64,000 nt of DNA from contig OX597833.1 in assembly GCA_951406725.2 (NCBI GenBank), forward strand, positions 40,920,001-40,984,000, read 5' to 3'. Within the stretch, counting starts at the first letter, position 1. Every line of letters starts with the position of its first letter. The stretch is from Octopus vulgaris. Its lineage: Eukaryota. The translations under genes were made by a program, and so were the position numbers. Below are positions 52,650 to 64,000 of this stretch, piece after piece. Under the pieces are notes generated by a model, which did not search any database, was not told the DNA's origin, and saw nothing but the letters and a program-made list of their open reading frames with translations.

Positions 52650-53090
52650 GGTTAGTGACTTCGCGAATATACCAACACTAGCGCCACTCAGGGTTATATT
52701 CTCTGGGAATGCACAAAAGCCCTTTTCAAAGTTATTTACTTTCAACTCCTTGATAGTACACGATGGTAATTCTTCTAGATAGTTTTCCAACCAGATTTCG
52801 ATTCCTCTTCTATTCTACAGTCGTTTGGGATATTAGTATTCAGGTTTACAACATCAAAGGTTATCATGACTGTCTTTTCATTGATTGTTTTTGGAAGGGG
52901 TGCCAGTAGGATGTCCAGAAAATTGCTTGAACGCTGGGCTTCACATGATGGGTCAGCTATAATAGGTCTTAATTTTAAATCTTTTGGTCAGTGGACATTG
53001 ATATATGTTTGACGATTCTTTGCAGATTTCATTTATTGTCTGGCTTTTGTGGATTTTGGCAAGCCATAAAAAAGACTAGACTTACCTTCA
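52650..53090 (-). pseudogene. Penelope-like element reverse transcriptase relic
   Basis: FYGLP/KIHKSQTIN (frameshift), RPIIADPSCEAQRSSNFLDILLAP, PKTINEKTVMITFDVVNLNTNIP match PLE motifs LPKIHK, RPII and FDV.NLYTNIP. Confidence 0.8.
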
Positions 53091-53454
53091 AAATTTCCCT
53101 TCTTCATATATACGTACATATACAGATATATACATACATATACAAACATAAACATACATACATATTTATATATATGAGGGAAGGAAGAGACAAAGATCAC
53201 ATTCCGCTATACAGCCCAATGTGGGTAATACATACTGGAGCGACAGAGAGTGGGGACATAGATTTACATGCCGGTTTATTTCTGTGTAAACATATTTATG
53301 AACAACAATAAATATGTCCATGATCTATCTTTCTGCATTTCTAGACAGACAGACACATAGATATAAGTTTTATTGATTAAGTGAGTGAGTGACTGGGTGA
53401 GTGAGTGAGGGAACGGGTGGGTGACAGTATTGGAATCATAATATCAATATTGAA

Positions 53455-53620
53455 AGATGGTGGTGAACTACCAGACTCGTTTAAATTGCCTGAGGTCGCC
53501 TTTACCTTTTGTCCTTTCGGGATCAATGAAATAAGTACCAGTTGGAGGTACTGGGAACTATGTAATCGACTAGCACCTTTTTCAAAATTTCTGGCTTTGA
53601 GCCTATAACAAAAAGAAAAT
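53455..53620 (+). mobile_element. Old SINE A
   Basis: gaggtcgcctttacc...cctttcgggatcaatgaaataagtaccag. Confidence 0.7.
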
Positions 53621-53899
53621 TGAACCTGGTTGAATGTTTGAAATACGAAGAACAAAGTACAAAACTAAATACTAAATGAAAGATTTTATACTGCACTCGA
53701 CTAATGCTGCTAATTATTCTTAAGTGATACTGACCACCATAAAAAGTCTCCCATTGGATCATATAGAGTTGTTATTGTAAGTTAGTGAGTTCAGATAAGA
53801 CTGGCATTATTCGCCATATTGAAATTGCTGTATACGTGTGTTTTTGTTCTTGTATATGTGTTAGTGAATGAAGACCACAGACCTTGTACTTTTTTTTTT

Positions 53900-54330
53900 T
53901 TTTTTTTTAGTGAGTAGGAATGTGGATATTTTCAAACGGTTTGAATGCTTACAATAGAGTGTCCATGTGTTTGTAGTGGAGCGGAGATGACTGAAAATGT
54001 TGAGGCATACTATCAAAAAGTTGTATCCTTCTCATGGCTCAGTATTCAACGTTTTGTATAGCTTGATTCAGTGTATAGGTGGCCTGTGGATGAGGGGATG
54101 AGCGCAGCCTATAGTGATGAGAGGTTCACCATTCCTTAAAAATGGTAAAAACATAAGCTTGCGTATTATTCATGGACGTGGTTTTGATGTCGCTTTTACT
54201 TAATAGTACAGGAACTAAAATGAAGCATTATGTCTCCCAAGAGCGCGGGGCGCCGAATCAAACATTCCTATATGATCACTGTGTTTCTATGGACTCTATG
54301 ACCAAGACCCTCAATTCAACTGTCGATTCC
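53900..54330 (-). pseudogene. Possible LINE post-RT relic
   Basis: Only weak motifs (GMFDS; ITIGC...GHLYTES). Confidence 0.3.
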
Positions 54331-55114
54331 ATCTAGTTGTAAAGGTGTACCATGTGATGATGCGTACCAATTAGCTGTAAGAGCAATACACAAAGCCGCA
54401 AGTTGGTCTAACAAAGTGGTACATCATTCAACTACGGTGGTAGTTGAATAATTACTCACACGCAGCATCTCTCAGAGCTTGACGCTAATTCAGTTCTTAA
54501 CCAAACTGAAAACTCTTAACATTTTTGAAGATGACTGGTCCCTAGCTACATTTTGGCATAAAAGAATTGAGGTTTGGTCCAGAAAAAAAAAGTTTACATC
54601 GAAATTTGTAGCAACGTTATAAGAGAGTAAGTAACGCCACCAATCAAATTTAGATCTAAATAACTTTTTATATTTTAAAAGCAAAATGTATTTACCTTAG
54701 CTTCAATGATAGACGAAAGCATGAAGAATTTCATAATTTTGGTCCCATGCAACAAATTTGTATAAAAAAAGTTGTGAGGTAAAATACCATGAAAAAATAT
54801 AAGGCAAAAAATTGGATTTAAGTATAATTAACTTTTTTATTTTAAAAACAAATTATATTTTAATTAAGCTTAAATGATAGATCCCAATTCGAGAAATTTC
54901 ATGGTATCAATTTCATGCAATGATGTTTTAAAAGAAAAAAGTTATGAGTGTTTGTTTCTCAAATTTGAGGGTGAAAATAGAGTTCTATACTTTTTATGAA
55001 TATAGTTCTGTAGGGGGACTTTTAATATATGTCACCGGCATCATTGAGGTAAGGAAAAAATTATCAACAACACCGCTAATTGACACATTTGATATGTTAT
55101 TAATTAGCGTAATA

Positions 55115-55682
55115 GCATAGCCTGGAAAAAACATTGATTACATGGAAAATTACGAGCAAGAGAAATAATATTCTAAAGGTTATAAACCTGGAAAGTACAA
55201 GACAAGTTATTACACTTGAAAGAGTTCAGGACAACTCATTATATTTGGTAAGGTACAGAACAAGAACATTTTTACTTAAAATATGGCAGCTAAGGATAAA
55301 ATTCAAATATTAAAAATTATTTGATTTTAAGTTACAAAGTAACACTATAATTAAGAAAGGTACCATCATTTTGTTGAAATATTGACGCAGTAGAATACTT
55401 TAAAAATGAGATCCAGAAGTACCAATATAGCTAAAGTTTTATACAAAGTAGAATAGTATATATGGTAGGCAAACTCATTATGTAAAAAATGGTAATTGGG
55501 TCAAGACTAAAAATGTCAAGACTTGGCAATAAGTAAAAATTTTCTTGTTCTGTACTTTTCCAGATGTAATAACTTGTCCTGAACTTGTCCAAGTGTAATA
55601 ACTTGTCCTGTACTTATAAACCTGGAGGCTTATAATCTTAAGAATATTATTTTTCTTGCTCGCATTTTTCTGTGCAATTACA
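55115..55682. mobile_element. Foldback/MITE relic with ~145-bp inverted arms
   Basis: cgagcaagagaaataatattct...gtacagaacaagaa (~55152-55268) is inverted at ~55530-55665. Confidence 0.7.
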
Positions 55683-55724
55683 TATAGTTGCAAGTAGGTC
55701 TCACATGATGATACAAGTCACTTA

Positions 55725-56552
55725 GGAGCTTTTCCTTTTGAACGGCACATGTCAACACAATTTCTAGTTAACTAAACACTTTAAAACTTCGTATACTGGT
55801 AGAATGTGTCAAAATAAAACATTTTTTCTCTTGGCTTTCTTGATAAAATTGTAATTTGTTTGTTTAACGTAGTTTAATTTTTCGAATGTTAACCAATGAA
55901 TCGCCTCTAATTGAGCTAAAATTATTTGCTGCGTCTAAAACTGAGACAACATCCTGTCACTAACCCTAAGTCTCACCCTCACCCTAACCCTAATTTTTTT
56001 TTCTTAATTGTTAAATTAATTTAATTGTTACGCGTGTAAAAAAAATGAAAGGCTAAAACGAAAGCAATGGAAAATAATTTAAACAATTAACAAACAAAAT
56101 AATTCCATAATTTTATACACACGCTTTCCGTACATATATTGAAAGCGTGTGTTACGGAAAGCGTGTATATAAAATTATAGAATTATTTTGTTTGTTAATT
56201 GTTTAAATTATTTTCCATTGCTTTCGTTTTAGCCTTTCGTTTTTTTTTTTTTTTAATTGTTATCCTTGAATTAATTTAACAATTAAGAAAAAAAAAAACG
56301 AAAGGCAAAAATTTAGGGTGAGGGTGTTGTCTCAGTTTTAGATGCAGCAAATGATTTTAGCTCAATTAGAGGCGATTCATTGGTTAAAATTCGAAAAATT
56401 AAACAACGTTAAACAAACGAATTACAATTTTATCAAGAAAGCCAAGAGAAAAAAATGTTTTATTTTGACACATTCTACCAGTATACGAAGCTTAAAAGTG
56501 TTTAGTTAACTAGAAATTGTGTTGAAATGTGCCGTTCAAAAGGAAAAGATCC
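55725..56552. mobile_element. 828-bp foldback DNA element, 8-bp TSD, GG...CC termini
   Basis: TSD GTCACTTA at 55717-55724 and 56553-56560; arms gga(g/t)cttttccttttgaacggcacat... pair almost to the centre (~56133-56153). Confidence 0.92.
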
Positions 56553-57132
56553 GTCACTTATAGCTATATTCAGTAAAACTACTTCTAAGTAGGTGCATGT
56601 TTAAATCCAAATAACTGTAAGTAGGCACTGCATGGGGTGTAGGCCATTTAGTCAAAAGTATACCAATAGCTGATTCTAAGTGCGTTGGCTGGTCCATTTC
56701 ATTGTGCTGTAATAGCATCACAATATGTATGACTCACTGCGGCATAAGAATATGGTAAAAGCATTGTGTATTAGATAAGTGAGTTATTGGCAGGAACAAA
56801 GAAAAATTGCTCACGATAGAGCAGCATTCTCTGTAAGGTTTTTTGTTTTCATTTCACACCCACTTCACACTCCAGGACTCTAGAAATATCTCACGTCTCA
56901 GTAGATCAATGTTATACAGCATATGTTTACCAATATGTAGTCTCACTATCAGATATACAAGAATTGACTATTAGTTTCTCTTTTATTTTCTTTAGTTTTA
57001 GCTTCAATACATTTATGATTAATGATGCAAAAGAGAGAAAGCTTTATTGTTTAGAGGGAGTTATAATAATTTATTTGGTAGATAAGGGCAGTGGATTAGC
57101 AAAATGAGAGTCGTCGAGAAAAATGATTTAGG

Positions 57133-57368
57133 GTATTTCTTATTTCTTTACTACCCACAAGGGGCTACATACAGAGAGGACAAACGAGGACAGACAAACG
57201 GATTAAGTCGATTATATCGACCCCAGTGCGTACCTGGTACTTATTTAATCGACCCCGAAAGGATGAAAGGCAAAGTCGACATAGACGGAATTTGAACTCA
57301 GAACGTAGCGGCAGACGAAATACTGCTAAGCATTTCGCCCGGCATGTTAACGTTTCTGCCAGCTCGCC
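57133..57368 (-). mobile_element. SINE A, tail A1
   Basis: tttctttactacccacaaggggct...gaactcagaacgtagcggcagacg...ctgccagctcgcc. Confidence 0.9.
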
Positions 57369-58281
57369 CTACCGGCTCTCTATATCCTGATTTCAAATTC
57401 CGCCGGAATCAACTTTGACTTTCGTCTCTCCCGGGCCGTTCTCAATCGACTAACCCTCTTCTCAACCCAAATCTCAGGACATGTGCCAATTTAAGAAATA
57501 ATTATATATTTGGTGGGTGACATTATTTGTGGAAGAGATATTACTTTTTTGAGGGGGAGGGATTTGTTTTTTGGTCGAGATATTGTTTTTTGAACGAAGA
57601 ATTATTTTGGGTGTGTCGAGTCATTTATTTTTTGTGTGTGCGATGGGGGCAACCATTAGTTTTATTTTTCATTTATTATTAACTGTTTTTTGTAGGCGGG
57701 TTGTGAGAGGAAAGGCATGTCGGAGTGTGTTCAAGAGTCACCATCTTTCAGCAGTGGGAGGAGAGAGAGAGAGAGGCAACCTTATTTTCAAAGAAACTTC
57801 AAAGTTTAAGCAAATAAAATAAAGAAACAGCAAGTGTTTTTTAGGCAATGAAAGAAAAGAAAAGCAAAAATGGAACCAGAAAAAAACTTTTGAAAAAATA
57901 ACGAAAGGAAAGAAAATACAGAACTAAAGGGTAAAAAAATGGAGAAAGAAGAAAATACAAAAAGAATAAAACAAAGAAGAAATAATAGGAGGAGAGCAAA
58001 AAAGATTTAAAATGTAAGCTAGGAATCAAAGGTGGAGGTGTGGGTGAGATTTGAAATCGCTTTGTAGAAATTACTATTTTTATGTCTTCATAGGAATTTA
58101 TTTATTTGTTATTACATTTTTCTTTTTTGCTTCGTTTTTCCCTTTCCCAATTTTTTTCTTCCATCAACCATTTTTTTCTTATCTATTGGATGTAAATAAA
58201 ACAAGAAATAAGAAAAGCACGAAATACATATGAACAAGAAGAAGAAGCACAACATAGCATGTAGGAAATATTAGCAATGCG

Positions 58282-58353
58282 TATATATATATGTATGTGT
58301 ATGTATATGTATATGTGTATGTATATATATATATATATATATATGTATATGTG

Positions 58354-58405
<52 letters not shown>

Positions 58406-58477
58406 TGTATATGAGTATACATATATATATGTATATATATATATATATATATGTATATGAGTATACATATATATATG

Positions 58478-58551
<74 letters not shown>

Positions 58552-58603
58552 TGTATATGAGTATACATATATATATGTATATATATATATGTATGTATGT
58601 ATA

Positions 58604-58662
<59 letters not shown>

Positions 58663-58710
58663 ATACATATATATATATATATATATATATGTATACACAC
58701 ACACACATAC
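58282..58710. repeat. (TA)n-rich compound repeat with recurring atgagtatac subunit
   Basis: Direct reading. Confidence 0.93.
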
Positions 58711-59230
58711 TCTTTAACACAACATGACTAAAATGGATTCTTTGCTACTTTTTGTTGTACTTATTCTTCAGTTTCACTACCAGCACCACTGTCATCATCC
58801 TCTCCTTTCTTTCTTTTTTTACGACACCAGTTACAACTACAATATCAACGACCACTACTGCTACGACTACTTGTTGTTGTAGAAGTGATGTTGGTAGTGT
58901 TTTTTTTTTTACTGTTTCTTTATCCTGCTGTTACCAAACAATGTTGGTGGGCCGAACTAAAAACCTTCCACTATTAAAGTATATCATCGATACCTTAAAC
59001 GAACTTTGTTGCTTTACTCAAAAAGACTTCAGAAACGAATCAAAACAAAACCAACAAAACAAACAGGAATATAAAGAAATTAATCATATCCAGCAAAGAA
59101 AGCTAAGCAGAGTGTTTAACGTTTCGGATACTGATCCTTTTTCAAGATTCATTTTTCTCTTAGTATATTTCATTTTACATATTTCTGTCACTGTCTGTGT
59201 GTGTGTCTTTCTCTCTATTTCTCCCTCTCT

Positions 59231-59314
<84 letters not shown>

Positions 59315-62034
59315 CCCTGTCTGTGTGTGCGTGTGTATTTGTGTGTGTGTGTGTGTGTGAATGTGTGTGCGTGTGTGTTTTGTAGCCTACTTCATATAGT
59401 AATAACTTCAGTGTGAAAGAAGATGTGCTTACATGTTTGCATTTATATGCATGTTCGGCTTTATACATTAAAATTGCGTATTCACAAATCCATGCAAATA
59501 AAGAAAGCTAGCTCATCAGATTATCAGAACGTCCTTGTTACACCAACTATTTAACCCTACGCATAAATACATATATATATATATATAGATATATAGATAG
59601 ATAAGAAAGTTGGTTTGTGAAAGCACGTGGGTGAATGTATAGAAAATAGTAAAGAGTGAAAAAAACGACAGAAGGCTTAAATGTTAAAAAATATATATAT
59701 TTGCGTCAATATGTCTGAAGAATATTAGAAAATTTTTTTTTTTTAATTTTTCCCCCTTATAATGACATAATTAAAAGAAAGACCGGTTTCGCGTGTAGCT
59801 TATCAAATTTCTTATCAAATATATATATATATATATTTGTGTGTGTGTTTGTACGCAATATTCATCCACTTCACGTTAAATTTAGGAGTTAGAAATTCAG
59901 TTGATCGGACGACAGAGAAACACCACCACCACTGTGTGTGTGTATGTGTTGGGGTAGGTATGTATTTGTTGAGACAAAATTACAGTTTAATCCTGACACG
60001 ATGACTAGAATAGTTATTGGATCTTGTTGCTGCTGTCGTTATGTTGGTGGCGGCGGCGGTGATGTTGATAATAGTGGTAGTCAAAACAGCTGCAGATTTA
60101 CAAAGTAACGTATTTGTTTTCAGAAAGATGTCTGCTACATTGTTCCATGGAAATATTAGGAGGTGTGGAGTACTGGACCGGGAGAAGAGTATACTTAGAT
60201 CCACCCATTTATCCATACACTCAACCATACATGCATGCATACATACATACATACATACATACATAATACATACATACATAATACATACATACATACATAC
60301 ATACATACATACATACATACATACATACATACATAAGTATTTATCATTTTATACAAGTTACAAACGGCAGTGGCCATGGAAGGAGATGAACTAATGAGGG
60401 TTCCTCTATCTAGTCGCTCAAAGTGCAGGAAATAGCAGCTAAATCTACCATAAATTACACTCAGCCATCTTTTTAAAAACAGGATACGTTGCATAATTGG
60501 TACTGGATTCCATACACACAGAAAAAAATTGGTGATGGTCATGGGGGAATGCCTTTGATCATAGGTCTTTTCAATCAGGATTGAACAGGAGGTAAGTAGC
60601 TATAGCAACTACAAGGATTCCCGAGTATGGTGAGAGGATGGAACGAACGAACAAAGAAAGGAAGGGAAAAGGAGTGAATGAATGGATGAATGAATGAATG
60701 AATGAAGGAAGGAAGGAAGGAAGGAAGGAAGGAAGGAAGGAAGGAAGTGATTCTCAAACGGGAGACCTGGTGCAATGCTTGCAAAAGAATGTATTCGGCT
60801 AAAGACTCCCAAGGGTCAAGTTGTAGGGCTGAACCAAGGATGGCTAACTTTTAACTTAATTGCACATTTTACCTAACTAATAAACTACAACCGCTTGCAC
60901 ATTTATCTTTCCTGTCCACGTCCACCTCAGCACACAAATCGATTCGCAGGGGTAAAGTTCATTAACTATTTCGATTTCACTACCTTCAACATTCATCGAG
61001 CCAAAGAAAGAAAGAAAAAAAAAAGAAAGAAAGAAAGAAAGAGTGAGAGAGGGGCAATGACAAATTTTGATAATTAAGTTAAGCCTTTAACTAAGAAATT
61101 AAATTCCAGAACTGATGTTGAATATCTACCAAAAAAAAATGAATTAATATTTTCTACAAGTCACGCTGCCTCAATAAGCTAAATATATTCAACAGAAAAC
61201 AGTTTCAAATATGACATTCCTCAACAACATATAGATTGCCAGAACTAGCACTAGCGCCAGCGATAAATAGAGCAACGGTATCAGAACAGGCTGATGTCGA
61301 GATTAGCCGGTGAGCTTGTTACAAAATATTTATTAGCAACAGAGGCAATATTCCTACCGTGTGATAATATTTATCTATCTCCACTTAAGCGCGGATGTTC
61401 TGTTAGAAAAAAAAAACAATACTACAGTTGTTACCATGAGAGAAACTCTTATACTAGCTCTTGGTGCAAAATGCACTCCCGTTAATATCACTAGCGGGGA
61501 GATAAATCCACGCTACCTTCAGTGCCGAGACCACCAGTTCACGTGATTTCGACCTTTCTCGGTCTTGTCAGTGATGGGCGCTCGACCGCTAGAGATAGCA
61601 GCGATATATAGAATAGCAGTGCCAGATCGGTATACGAAACTGCTTTCCGCAGTTAAAGTTAATAGGATTTTGAGTGAATATATCTCAGTTATACAGTGAA
61701 AGGATTAAAGGATGGTGTATTGAAAGATAATATTTTTCTTTGTTTGTTTCTGAGTAGAAGGCGGAAAACAAAAACCTAACTGTTAGCAGTGATTGTTAAA
61801 AACTCATTAGAAGTTAGGAGAGATAGTTTCAAGAGATGAAGAACAAATTTCTTGAGCAAACTTATTTGCTAGAGAAGTAAGAAACTAAACTTTCTTATGG
61901 ACCAAGGAGAACTATGTACATTTGTTTCGGTCTGCTAAACATCGTCAGCATAGTACACTGTCTGCTTACTTGTAGATCACAACCATCAATTTTGAGGCAA
62001 GTTCTCCCAAGATTTTGTTTATCTTTTATGATTT

Positions 62035-62270
62035 AAATTTTACTTGCTTCAGTCATTTCACTGCAGTCATACTGAAGATTTTTGTCAAACGAATCACGCC
62101 CCCACCCCGTACTTAATATTCTCTTAAAGTCTGATACTCACTGTGTCGGTGTCTTTTGTCGAGCGGCTAAGTTACGAGGACGTAAACGAACCAACAGCGG
62201 TTTTCAAGCGGAAGAGAGGTCAAGCATCAACGCAAAGAATTGCATGTACACACACACGTACACACGCACG

Positions 62271-62326
<56 letters not shown>

Positions 62327-62553
62327 CACACACATATAAATATATTGATCGGTCGGAGGCAAAACTAAAATACACTTGCCCAAGGTACCTGAGTTCAAAT
62401 TCCGCCGAGCTCGACTTTGCCTTTCATCCTTTCGGGGTCGATAAATTAAGTACCAGTTACGCACTGGGGTCGATATAATCGACTTAATCCGTCTGTCTGT
62501 CATTGTTTGTCTCCTCTGTGTTTAGCCCCTTTTGGGTAATAAAGAAACAGGTA
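62035..62553. mobile_element. Reverse-strand SINE B relic (62035-62220) followed by 5'-truncated SINE A on + (62389-62553)
   Basis: ttacttgcttcagtcatt...gctaagttacgaggacgtaaac; ctgagttcaaattccgccgag...gggtaataaagaaa. Confidence 0.85.
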
Positions 62554-64000
62554 CCTACCCTGTACTCAGAACACAAACCTGGCTTCTTTTGTTTCGTTTT
62601 AATTTGTCTGCAGAGCGCATGAATGCTAGACTATGAAGAACATATTGCAGACGAGAGGGTATCAGCTGTTACGACCGATCAAGGAACATTAACAAGAAAA
62701 GGTAGGAAAATAAAACAACAAATTAAAGATATTCTAAAAGCAAAAGTCAGCAGTAGTAAGAAGAAAAGAATTGGGGGACTTTGAAAGGTCATCAGAGTAA
62801 GAAAGGGTTGTAAAGGGTCACCGAGTTGTATTTGCTCGCTTTGATGTTTCACAGCTGGGTGGTTATCAACATAACACACTTCCTGATGAAGCGTTTCGTT
62901 TATTATTGCGGTATTTAGTTACGTTGCTTTTAGGTTCGGAGTTCAAATCACGCTGAGGCCAATTTTGTCATTCGTCTTTCTGAGGTCGATATAAAATATA
63001 CCAGTCAAGTACTGGATTTACTTTAGCCGACTTTATTCCTGCTTCCTAACAAAATCGATGTCTTTCAATTTAAAATGTACATTTATTATGAATGCACATG
63101 TCTATATGTCTGTGTGTGCATTCAAATAAATACATACATACATGTAAGTATGTATGTATGTATGTATGTATGTATGTATGTATGTATGTATGTATGTATG
63201 TATGTATGTATGTGTGTGTGTGTGCGTGTGTATGTATACTTCGATTTTACGTTTGGTTTGCAAGATCCTTGATGTGAATTCGTGTGTTGAGACAAATCTT
63301 GCGCCATTACGTCAATAATAATAAAACTCGCACAGGTTCAGTTCCATTTCTTTATTGTTAGTCAATTGGTTAAATATTTAGCCATCTAACAAATCGATTG
63401 TTTCTTTAATGTGCTGGTTAAACAATCAATCAGTTGTTTGTTAATCAAATTTCTTTTGTCTTTGTTCGCGACATTTTCAGTGGCTTAATGACTTCCAAGA
63501 TCTGCACTGATTCTGTTCTGTATGTATGTATGTTTTTGAGTGTGTATGTATATATATATATACACACACACATACACACACACACACGTTTATGTATTTG
63601 TTTTGCAAGATTCGTGATGTGAAATCGTGTGTTGAAACAGATATTGTTATATTTCGGGATGATCATTTATTTTTGTTTTTTGCCAACTAAACACACGCAC
63701 TATATGTTCGTTCTTCATCTAACATTTATCATTGTTCTTATCTTGTGTCCTTTGTCTGGAAATCTTTCGTTGCACATCTTGTGGCCTCCTCAGCGATTCT
63801 CCATCCCACGTATCTCCTATTCACTTTAGTCCATTCTGTCTTTCAATAGTGGTTAGCCTGTTGCACTCACGATCGCGAAAACACGTTTTAAATATATAAT
63901 ATATATATAATTAAATAAGGGTAGAAATTGGTATTAATCAATTAAAACCAGTGGCTTGGCATATTTTAAAAAATCCGAAGATTTGTGCTACATACAAAAT

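Noticed and set aside
58752-59360. 202-aa ORF
   Set aside because: TTG start, low-complexity ends and no recognisable domain.
59505-59522. Minus-strand CTGATGA-gc-ta-gc
   Set aside because: Not followed by GAAA and a cleavage triplet.
62882-62900. CTGATGAAGCG possible hammerhead half
   Set aside because: No downstream GAAAC or stem; cannot be supported.

Overview
Eukaryotic, AT-rich DNA saturated with repeats. The SINE families and the microsatellite load resemble a coleoid cephalopod, probably Octopus (my recognition, no database search). I find no host protein-coding gene, rRNA, genuine tRNA or CRISPR array; most listed ORFs are microsatellite translations. The window contains four tRNA-derived SINE head types (working labels A-D); decayed non-LTR retrotransposons (R4/Dong, L1/Tx1, RTE, CR1, HERO-like, Penelope); Tc1 and maT/DD37D transposase relics; several MITE/foldback elements; and Helitron termini. 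Best leads: (1) a non-coding 595-bp plus 187-bp partial-tandem element in (TA)n carrying an apparently intact type I hammerhead ribozyme (43896-43993), with further hammerhead-like motifs and a Penelope RT relic elsewhere; (2) combinatorial head/tail swapping among SINEs; (3) a SINE tail matching the 3' end of a Tx1-like LINE in the same window; (4) a twin-priming-like 5' inversion in an RTE element; (5) an 828-bp near-complete foldback element with an 8-bp TSD. All alignments were made by eye, and boundaries of old relics are approximate.
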